Assembly: GCA_031395155.1 (NCBI GenBank) | Contig: JANNUK010000227.1 | Location: 1 to 52,995, forward strand | Source of the DNA: Chloroflexota bacterium | GTDB taxonomy: Bacteria; Chloroflexota; Limnocylindria; Limnocylindrales; CSP1-4 | Length of the DNA: 52,995 nt | Reading direction: 5' to 3' | Shown: positions 46,671 to 52,995 of the stretch, piece after piece | How positions within the stretch are numbered: position 1 is the first letter of the stretch | How the letters are laid out: every line of letters starts with the position of its first letter | The notes under the pieces: model-generated | Told to the model about the DNA's origin: nothing | Seen by the model: the letters and a program-made list of their open reading frames with translations, nothing else | Databases searched by the model: none | Program-made: the position numbers and the translations under genes

Positions 46671-47033
46671 TCAGAACTCGAGACCGGCTTCACGGGCGGC
46701 ATCGGCGAGCGACTTGACACGCCCGTGGTACCGGAACCCGGCTCGATCGAAGACGACGCGCTCGATGCCCGCGGCTCGGGCTCGCTCGGCAACGAGCCGG
46801 CCAACCGTCTTCGCTTCGTCGATCTTGGCTTCCTTGGAGCCGCGAAGCTCCGTCTCGATCGTCGAGGCCGCGGCAAGCGTCTTGCCGGACGTATCGTCGA
46901 TCACCTGCGCGTAGATATGGTTGAGGCTGCGGAAGACCGCGAGGCGCGGCCGACCGGCGGTCCCCTCCATGTGGAGGCGAATCCGGTGGTGGCGCTTGCG
47001 TCGCGCGGCGCCGCGGCTGGCGACCTGGGTCAT
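46671..47033 (-). CDS. rplR: 50S ribosomal protein L18
   Basis: Start refined to ATG 47033 ([65 protein letters not shown]). 120 aa. Confidence 0.94.
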   Translation of the reverse strand: MTQVASRGAARRKRHHRIRLHMEGTAGRPRLAVFRSLNHIYAQVIDDTSGKTLAAASTIETELRGSKEAKIDEAKTVGRLVAERARAAGIERVVFDRAGFRYHGRVKSLADAAREAGLEF

Positions 47034-47052
47034 CGTTTGCGAACCTCGATGT

Positions 47053-47604
47053 CTACTTCTTGGCGCCGATCTTGCCGGCCTTGCCGGCCTTGCGGCGGAT
47101 GTACTCGCCGGCGTACTTGACGCCCTTGCCCTTGTACGGCTCCGGCTTGCGTGTCGCGCGAATCTGCGCGGCGATCTGGCCGACGAGTTCCTTGTCGATG
47201 CCGACAACAGCGAGCCGTGTCGGACTGTCAAGCTCGAATCCGATGCCGGCCGGTGGGTCGATCTCGATCGGGTGGCTGTAGCCCAGGTTGAGCTGGAGCT
47301 TCTGCCCGACGAGCGCAGCCCGGTATCCGACGCCGTTGATCTCGAGCGCCTTGCGGTAGCCCGTGGTGACGCCGACCACCATGTTGTTCACGAGGGTCCT
47401 GGTCAGCCCATGGAGTTGCTTGTGCATCTTCTGTTCAGTCGGTCGGGTGACGAGCAGGGCGTCTGCTTCCCGCGCGACCGTCATATCGGGGTGGAGCGAC
47501 CGGCTGAGCGTGCCCTTGGGTCCCGTGACCGTGACCACCCGTCCGCTGAGGACGACGTCGACGTCCGGGGGAACGGTGATGGGACTGCGTCCAATTCGCG
47601 ACAT
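47053..47604 (-). CDS. rplF: 50S ribosomal protein L6
   Basis: [46 protein letters not shown]. Confidence 0.96.
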   Translation of the reverse strand: MSRIGRSPITVPPDVDVVLSGRVVTVTGPKGTLSRSLHPDMTVAREADALLVTRPTEQKMHKQLHGLTRTLVNNMVVGVTTGYRKALEINGVGYRAALVGQKLQLNLGYSHPIEIDPPAGIGFELDSPTRLAVVGIDKELVGQIAAQIRATRKPEPYKGKGVKYAGEYIRRKAGKAGKIGAKK

Positions 47605-47610
47605 CGGCGC

Positions 47611-48009
47611 CTACCAGACGTACGCCAGGACTTCACCACCGAGCTGGGCCTTGCGGGCCTGCGATCCGGTCATGATTCCCTGGCTCGTACTGACGATGAC
47701 GATGCCGAGTCCGCCCAACACGCGCGGGATGTCGGTCTTGCCGGCGTATACGCGGAGTCCGGGCTTGCTGATTCGCTTCAGGCCGGACACCACCGATGCC
47801 TTGCCGTCGACGTACTTCAGGGTCAGCCGAAGCACTTGCGCGGGACCCTGCTTCTCCTCGCTGACGTCGGCGATGAAGCCTTCGTCCTTGAGGATCCGGG
47901 CAATCTCGCGCTTGGTTCGCGACGCGGGCACGATGACCTCGCCGTGGTGGGCGCGCGAGGCGTTGCGGACGCGCGTGAGCATGTCCGCGATCGGATCGGA
48001 AATGTTCAT
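47611..48009 (-). CDS. rpsH: 30S ribosomal protein S8
   Basis: [46 protein letters not shown]. Confidence 0.96.
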   Translation of the reverse strand: MNISDPIADMLTRVRNASRAHHGEVIVPASRTKREIARILKDEGFIADVSEEKQGPAQVLRLTLKYVDGKASVVSGLKRISKPGLRVYAGKTDIPRVLGGLGIVIVSTSQGIMTGSQARKAQLGGEVLAYVW

Positions 48010-48016
48010 CGGTTCC

Positions 48017-48202
48017 CTACCAGCTCGACTTCGTGACGCCGGGAAGCTCGCCGAGGAGCGCGCGCTCCCGGAAGCAGATCCGGCACAGCGCGAATCGGCG
48101 CATGTAGGCCCGCGGCCGTCCGCACACGACGCAACGGTGATAAGCCTGAACGGGATGCTTGGGCGAACGCTTCGCCTTGGCGATCATCGATTTCTTTGCC
48201 AT
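48017..48202 (-). CDS. rpsN: 30S ribosomal protein S14, short type-Z zinc form (61 aa)
   Basis: [61 protein letters not shown] (C-x2-C-x12-C-x2-C). The track ORF extends 90 aa upstream in an Arg-rich alternate frame of rplE. Confidence 0.94.
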   Translation of the reverse strand: MAKKSMIAKAKRSPKHPVQAYHRCVVCGRPRAYMRRFALCRICFRERALLGELPGVTKSSW

Positions 48203-48219
48203 GGTCTCCCTCCCCGCGC

Positions 48220-48762
48220 CTACGAGGCGAAGGGCATGCCGAGGAGTTCGAGCAGACGCTTCGACTCCTCGTCGGTCTTCGCCGTCGTCACGATGCTGAT
48301 CTCCAGCCCGCGGAGACGGTCCACCTTGTCGTAGTCGATCTCCGGGAAGGCGAGTTGCTCCCGCAGGCCGAGCGAATAATTGCCGCGCCCGTCGAACGAC
48401 TTGGCGGGGATTCCCCGAAAGTCGCGGATACGGGGCAGGGCGAGGACCGTCAGCCGGTCGACGAAGTCCCACATGCGGCCCCCGCGCAGCGTCACCTTGG
48501 CGCCGATCGAGTTGCCGGTCCGGATCCGGAACTGGGCAATCGAACGGCGCGCCTTCGTGATCACCGGCTTCTGGCCGGTGATCAGGGTCAGATCGTGAAC
48601 GGCAGCGTCGAGGGCTTTCGCGTTGGTCAATGCTTCACCCAGGCCGATGTTCACGACGACCTTGCTGAGTCGCGGGACCTGCATCGGGTTGGCATAGGCG
48701 AACTGCTTCAGCAGCGCTGGAGCGATCTCGTCGCGATAGCGCTGGTCGAGGCGGGTGGTCAT
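48220..48762 (-). CDS. rplE: 50S ribosomal protein L5
   Basis: Start refined to ATG 48762 ([59 protein letters not shown]), overlapping the rplX stop. Confidence 0.95.
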   Translation of the reverse strand: MTTRLDQRYRDEIAPALLKQFAYANPMQVPRLSKVVVNIGLGEALTNAKALDAAVHDLTLITGQKPVITKARRSIAQFRIRTGNSIGAKVTLRGGRMWDFVDRLTVLALPRIRDFRGIPAKSFDGRGNYSLGLREQLAFPEIDYDKVDRLRGLEISIVTTAKTDEESKRLLELLGMPFAS

Positions 48763-49217
48763 GACGACTTCACCTCCAGGGGCTCGCCGCAATGGCCACA
48801 GACGCGGATCCGCCGGCCGTTCTCGAGCTGGGTATGGGCGATTCGCGTGGGCCGGTCGCACTTCTGGCAGACGACCATGACCTTGCCGATCGACATGGGC
48901 TGGGCGATATCGAGGATGCCGCCCTGCTGCATGCGCGGCGCTCGGTCGGACTGGCTCGAGGACTGGCGGGGCTTGGTATGGCGCTTGGCGATGTTCACAC
49001 CGCCGACGACCACGGTCACGGTCGCGAGCGGCGACGTCCGCTCCCAATTGGAGGCGTACTTGGTGCGCGTCTTCTTGGCTCCCTGGCGATCGCGGATCAC
49101 GCGTTCGACCACGCCGCGCTTGCCGGCATCCTTGCCGGACAGGACGACGACGGTGTCTCCGCTGCGGATCTCGGGCACCTTGGTCACGCGCCTCGCAGCG
49201 CCGGGTCGGGTCATCAC
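48759..49217 (-). CDS. rplX: 50S ribosomal protein L24, enlarged four-Cys variant
   Basis: KOW motif [45 protein letters not shown], then [20 protein letters not shown]. The start is GTG 49217 (GTGA overlap with the rplN stop) or the adjacent ATG 49214. Confidence 0.9.
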   Translation of the reverse strand: MMTRPGAARRVTKVPEIRSGDTVVVLSGKDAGKRGVVERVIRDRQGAKKTRTKYASNWERTSPLATVTVVVGGVNIAKRHTKPRQSSSQSDRAPRMQQGGILDIAQPMSIGKVMVVCQKCDRPTRIAHTQLENGRRIRVCGHCGEPLEVKSS

Positions 49218-49582
49218 AGCACCTCCGGTGCGAGTGACACGATCTTCATGTAGTTCCGATCGCGGAGTTCGCGCGCGACCGGCCCGAAGATCCGGGTCCC
49301 GCGCGGATTGCCCTGGTTGTTGATGAGGACGGCCGCGTTCTCATCGAACCGGATGTAGCTTCCGTCGGGTCGACCGTATTCCTTGGCGGTGCGCACGATG
49401 ACGGCTCGGACGACGTCGCCCTTCTTGACGGCTGCGTTCGGGATCGCCTGCTTGACGCTGGCGACGATCACGTCTCCGACGCCTGCCGTGGTCTTGAGCG
49501 ATCGGCCCATGACGCGGATGCACTGGATCGTCCGGGCGCCGGTGTTGTCGGCGACCTTGACCCTCGATTCGGGCTGGATCAT
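49214..49582 (-). CDS. rplN: 50S ribosomal protein L14
   Basis: [44 protein letters not shown]. Confidence 0.97.
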   Translation of the reverse strand: MIQPESRVKVADNTGARTIQCIRVMGRSLKTTAGVGDVIVASVKQAIPNAAVKKGDVVRAVIVRTAKEYGRPDGSYIRFDENAAVLINNQGNPRGTRIFGPVARELRDRNYMKIVSLAPEVL

Positions 49583-50034
49583 GCCTCGGCCCCCTCGGCC
49601 GCGGACTCGTCCGTCGCAGCGGCCGCGGACTCGCCAGCCGCGGCGGCCTCGGGCTCGGCGCGGACCCGACCGGGATGGGCGGCTGCGTGGATCGCCTCGG
49701 TCGTCTCCGCTTCGTCACTGACGATGTCCGCGGGGAGGCCCTGGTCGCCGGCGCGCTGGATCACGCTGACGAGGCGCCAGCGCTTCGTCGCCGACAGCGG
49801 TCGCGACTCCTCGATGAGGACGGTATCGCCGACATGGGCGTCGTTGCTCTCATCGTGGGCCTTGAATTTCGTGGTCAAGCGGATGACCCGCTTGTACAGG
49901 CGGTGGCGGGTCAGCCGTTCGACGGACACGACGATCGTCTTGTCCATCTTGTCGCTGACCACGCTGCCGACCTTGGTCTTGCGCTTGCCGTGCACCGGGT
50001 TGTCTGCTCCTGTCATTCGCCTGTCTCCGGTCAC
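49579..50034 (-). CDS. rpsQ: 30S ribosomal protein S17 with ~57-aa acidic/Ala-rich C-terminal extension
   Basis: [71 protein letters not shown], then a tail to 151 aa. Alternative start ATG 50016. Confidence 0.92.
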   Translation of the reverse strand: MTGDRRMTGADNPVHGKRKTKVGSVVSDKMDKTIVVSVERLTRHRLYKRVIRLTTKFKAHDESNDAHVGDTVLIEESRPLSATKRWRLVSVIQRAGDQGLPADIVSDEAETTEAIHAAAHPGRVRAEPEAAAAGESAAAATDESAAEGAEA

Positions 50035-50231
50035 GCTGTCTGCGCGAGCTTGCGCTCGCGCTGGACGGTCAGGATGCGGGCGATCGTGCGCCGCGTCTGC
50101 GGGATCGTGCTGTAGTCCTTGAGCTGGCGGGTCTTCAGCGCAAAACGGAATCCCCAGAGATCCTGCTTCGCCTGGTTCAATGCATCCTCGAGCTCGCGCT
50201 CGGAGAGCGTCCGGACCTTATCGATGTCCAT
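50031..50231 (-). CDS. rpmC: 50S ribosomal protein L29
   Basis: [43 protein letters not shown]. Confidence 0.94.
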   Translation of the reverse strand: MDIDKVRTLSERELEDALNQAKQDLWGFRFALKTRQLKDYSTIPQTRRTIARILTVQRERKLAQTA

Positions 50232-50655
50232 CGGTCGCCTCCTTCACCGAGTCGCGCGTGACCACTCGGGTGGCGACGGGCAGCTTGTGCGCGGCCAGGC
50301 GCATCGCCTCGACGGCTTCCTCGCGCCCCACACCGGCCATCTCGAACAGGATCCGACCGGGCTTCACAACCGCGACCCAGTGGTCGGGAGCGCCCTTGCC
50401 CGAGCCCATCCGGGTCTCGGCTGGTTTCTTGGTGGCCGGCTTGTCCGGAAAGATGCGGATCCAGATCTTGCCGCCGCGCTTGACCGAGCGGGTCATCGCG
50501 CGCCGGGCGGCCTCGATCTGCCGACTCGTGATCCAGGCGGGTTCCTGCGTGGCCAGGCCGTACTCACCGAACGACACGTCGGTGCCGCCCTTGGCCATCC
50601 CGGACATTCGGCCACGCATCACCTTGCGGTGCTTGACGCGCTTCGGCATCAGCAT
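50218..50655 (-). CDS. rplP: 50S ribosomal protein L16
   Basis: [53 protein letters not shown]. Confidence 0.97.
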   Translation of the reverse strand: MLMPKRVKHRKVMRGRMSGMAKGGTDVSFGEYGLATQEPAWITSRQIEAARRAMTRSVKRGGKIWIRIFPDKPATKKPAETRMGSGKGAPDHWVAVVKPGRILFEMAGVGREEAVEAMRLAAHKLPVATRVVTRDSVKEATDGHR

Positions 50656-50657
50656 GA

Positions 50658-51332
50658 TCAGACCCCCTGACCGGCGATGCCGGCGGCGGCCTCGCGGGGA
50701 CCGCGCTCGGGCGCGATCTCACCGCGATAGATCCAGACCTTGACGCCGATCCGGCCGTAGGTGGTGTGCGCGTGGATCTGGCCGTAGCTGATGTCGGCAC
50801 GAAGCGTGCCGAGCGGGATGCGACCCTCGCGATCCCATTCGCGGCGTCCCATCTCGGAGCCGCCGAGGCGACCGGCGACAGCGATCTTGACGCCCTTGGC
50901 GCCTGCCTTCATCGAGCGCTGGATGGCCTGCTTCATCGCCTTCTTGAAGGCGATGCGACGGGACAGCTGCTGCGCGATGTTCATGGCGACGAGGTGGGCG
51001 TCGAGCTCCGGCTGGCGGATCTCCTTGATCTCGAGCTTGACCTTGCGCAGCGTGACCGCCCCGATCTGCTGGCGCAGGATCTCGACGTTCTGGCCACCGC
51101 GGCCGATCACGATCCCCGGCTTGGCCGTATGGACGGTGACCGTGACGTGATTGATGCCGCGCTCGATCTCGACCTGGCTCACGCTCGCGTTGGCCAGGCG
51201 CTGCTCGACGAGCTTGCGGACCGTGATGTCTTCCTTCAGGAGCGTCGTGTACTCCTTGTCGGCATACCACTTCGCCGTCCAGGTGCGTGAAATACCCAGG
51301 CGGAACCCGTAGGGGTGGACCTTGTGTCCCAT
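50658..51332 (-). CDS. rpsC: 30S ribosomal protein S3
   Basis: [22 protein letters not shown] domain, [30 protein letters not shown]. Confidence 0.97.
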   Translation of the reverse strand: MGHKVHPYGFRLGISRTWTAKWYADKEYTTLLKEDITVRKLVEQRLANASVSQVEIERGINHVTVTVHTAKPGIVIGRGGQNVEILRQQIGAVTLRKVKLEIKEIRQPELDAHLVAMNIAQQLSRRIAFKKAMKQAIQRSMKAGAKGVKIAVAGRLGGSEMGRREWDREGRIPLGTLRADISYGQIHAHTTYGRIGVKVWIYRGEIAPERGPREAAAGIAGQGV

Positions 51333-51335
51333 CGA

Positions 51336-51674
51336 TCAGGCCTCCCGGTCCGCGACGACGATGGTGATGTGCGTCATCGGCTTGTGGATCGGAAACGCCC
51401 GACCCTGTGCCCGCGGCCGCCAACGCTTGATCGACGGGCCTTCCTGGGCCTGCGCGTCGGCGATGTACAGGTCCTCCGCGGACAGACTGTGATTGTTTTC
51501 GGCATTCGCGGTCGCGCTCTTCAGCACCGCGGCGATGTTGCGGGCGGCATGCTGGGGCATGAACGAGAGCAGCGCGGCGGCTTCCTCGACTCCGCGGCCC
51601 TTGATGGCCCGGGTGACCAGGCGGGCCTTGCGGGTCGAGCCGCGAAGGTACTTGGCAGTGGCTGACACACGCAC
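51336..51674 (-). CDS. rplV: 50S ribosomal protein L22
   Basis: AKYLRGSTRKARLV..IKGR.VEEA..LLSFMP..AENN..KRWRPRAQGRAFPI.K.MTHITIVV. Confidence 0.96.
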   Translation of the reverse strand: MRVSATAKYLRGSTRKARLVTRAIKGRGVEEAAALLSFMPQHAARNIAAVLKSATANAENNHSLSAEDLYIADAQAQEGPSIKRWRPRAQGRAFPIHKPMTHITIVVADREA

Positions 51675-51684
51675 GTTCCGGCTC

Positions 51685-51969
51685 CTACTTCAACGCCGTC
51701 GAGCGGTCGGTGTGCTTGCCGTGCCCGCGATACGTGCGGGTGGGCGAAAACTCACCGAGCCGATGCCCGACCATGTTCTCGGTCACGTAGACCGGGACGT
51801 GCTTCTTGCCGTTGTAGACCGCGATCGTGTGCCCGATGAGGCTCGGAAAGATCACCGATGCACGAGACCAGGTCTTGACGACTTTCTTCTCGCTGCGCCG
51901 ATTCATTTCCTCCACGCGGCTGAAGAGGCGGGCCTCGATGAACGGCCCCTTCTTGATTGAGCGGGACAT
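51685..51969 (-). CDS. rpsS: 30S ribosomal protein S19
   Basis: [63 protein letters not shown]. Confidence 0.97.
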   Translation of the reverse strand: MSRSIKKGPFIEARLFSRVEEMNRRSEKKVVKTWSRASVIFPSLIGHTIAVYNGKKHVPVYVTENMVGHRLGEFSPTRTYRGHGKHTDRSTALK

Positions 51970-51984
51970 GTCTTCCTACCTCCC

Positions 51985-52812
51985 CTACTTCCGGTGCCGC
52001 GATCGGACGATCAGGCGTCCGGTCGTGGCAGACCGGCGGGTGCGGTAACCCATGGCAGGCTTGCCCCAGGGCGTCTTGGGCGGCATCCCCGTCGGGGACT
52101 TGCCCTCGCCGCCGCCATGTGGATGGTCACGCGGATTCATGACCACGCCGCGGACTTCAGGTCGCTGGCCGAGATGGCGAGCGCGACCTGCCTTGCCGAG
52201 GTTCTGATTTTCGTGATCGAGGTTGCCGACCTGGCCGACGGTCGCGATGCAACGGATGCTGACCCGCCGGACCTCGCCCGACGGAAGGCGCACCTGGGCG
52301 TAATCGCCCTCCTTGGCCAGGAGCTGCGCGGAGGTGCCGGCCGACCGAACGATCTGGCCGCCACGCCCGGGCACGAGCTCGATGTTGTGGATCGTGGTGC
52401 CGAGCGGGATGTTGTGGATCGGCAAGGCGTTCCCTACTCGCGCCTCGGCATCGGGCCCGGCAACGACGACGTCGCCGACCTTGAGCCCGTTGGGCACAAG
52501 CATGTAGCGCTTCTCGCCGTCACGGTAGTGAAGCAGGCCGATCCGCGCGGAGCGATTGGGGTCGTACTCGATCGTCGCGAGGCGGGCGGGCACGCCGACC
52601 TTGTCGCGCTTGAAGTCGATCCTGCGGTAGTGCTGCTTCTCACCGCCGCCGCGATGGCGAACCGTGCGGCGTCCGGCATTGTTCCGCCCGGACATCCGTT
52701 TCTGCGGCTCGAGCAACGGCTTGTGCGGCTGGTCGGTCGTGATCTCCTCGAACGTCGAGCGGGTCATGAACCGCATGCCGGGCGAGGTTGGCTTGTAACT
52801 GCGCAGCGGCAT
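51985..52812 (-). CDS. rplB: 50S ribosomal protein L2
   Basis: [10 protein letters not shown].., [51 protein letters not shown]. Confidence 0.97.
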   Translation of the reverse strand: MPLRSYKPTSPGMRFMTRSTFEEITTDQPHKPLLEPQKRMSGRNNAGRRTVRHRGGGEKQHYRRIDFKRDKVGVPARLATIEYDPNRSARIGLLHYRDGEKRYMLVPNGLKVGDVVVAGPDAEARVGNALPIHNIPLGTTIHNIELVPGRGGQIVRSAGTSAQLLAKEGDYAQVRLPSGEVRRVSIRCIATVGQVGNLDHENQNLGKAGRARHLGQRPEVRGVVMNPRDHPHGGGEGKSPTGMPPKTPWGKPAMGYRTRRSATTGRLIVRSRHRK

Positions 52813-52815
52813 CGC

Positions 52816-52995
52816 TCAGACCCCTTCGAAGAACTCGATCTTCTGGCCCGGGGCCAGGGTCACGATCGCCTTGCGCCACGGGGTGGTGTAGCCGACCTGG
52901 CGGCCTCCACGCGTACCCCGTCGCTTCTCTTTCGCCTTCATGGTCAGGACGTTGACCGCGACGACGTTGACGTTCTCGCTCTTGTACAGCTCCTC
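52816..52995 (-). CDS. rplW: 50S ribosomal protein L23 (5' end outside window)
   Basis: The reverse complement of 52816-52995 reads ..EELYKSENVNVVAVNVLTMKAKEKRRGTRGGRQVGYTTPWRKAIVTLAPGQKIEFFEGV-stop. Position before rplB and the C-terminal KAIVTL..G..I motif fit L23. Confidence 0.85.
   Translation of the reverse strand, partial: EELYKSENVNVVAVNVLTMKAKEKRRGTRGGRQVGYTTPWRKAIVTLAPGQKIEFFEGV

Noticed and set aside
43704-47120. 1138-aa plus-strand ORF (and similar giants at 40198-42513, 29871-32234 and 18790-20883) that might be read as huge novel proteins.
   Set aside because: They run antisense across several well-supported minus-strand genes (secY, rplO, rpmD, rpsE, rplR and others) and cross gene boundaries. 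They are Arg/Gly/Asp/Ala-rich low-complexity translations. Stop-free antisense frames are expected at about 70% GC.

Overview
Very GC-rich (about 70% by eye, not computed) bacterial chromosomal segment, densely coding. All family calls come from reading motifs in the supplied translations; no searches were run. Bases 1-15450 carry mixed-strand metabolic and envelope genes: malic enzyme (5' truncated), an operon of a membrane-fused spermidine-synthase-fold protein plus a polytopic membrane protein plus a Zn-ADH, an MFS exporter, ppdK, an Fpr-like reductase, glyQS, a secreted anchored protein, recO and a polyprenyl synthase. From 15502 to the window end, 52 consecutive genes lie on the minus strand. 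In transcription order they are: spc/alpha ribosomal operons (rplW to rplQ, with secY, adk, map, infA, rpmJ, rpoA), truA-rplM-rpsI, argF, a TPR protein, cdaA-cdaR-glmM-glmS, acpS, nnrD, alr, [macro-domain protein, 96-aa protein, 898-aa protein], tsaE-tsaB-rimI-tsaD, rsmA, ispE, ridA, glmU and a CNNM/CorC protein. The order resembles Actinomycetota-type synteny with a Firmicutes-style c-di-AMP cluster (inference). I saw no rRNA, tRNA, CRISPR array or mobile element. Most of the window is ordinary housekeeping. The best candidate for something undescribed is the tightly coupled three-gene insertion (macro domain / small acidic protein / 898-aa protein) between alr and tsaE. Other observations: ridA is disrupted by a 4-bp tandem duplication, and a near-consensus promoter is hidden in the resulting false ORF extension. 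TAnnnT boxes lie 6-9 nt from start codons, suggesting leaderless mRNAs. A 14-nt direct repeat sits at the cdaA promoter. L15 and S17 have long low-complexity tails, and L24 is a four-Cys variant with insertions. The many long antisense or alternate-frame ORFs in the track are GC artefacts. The track also renders GTG starts as M and begins each ORF at the furthest upstream start, so many starts were refined.
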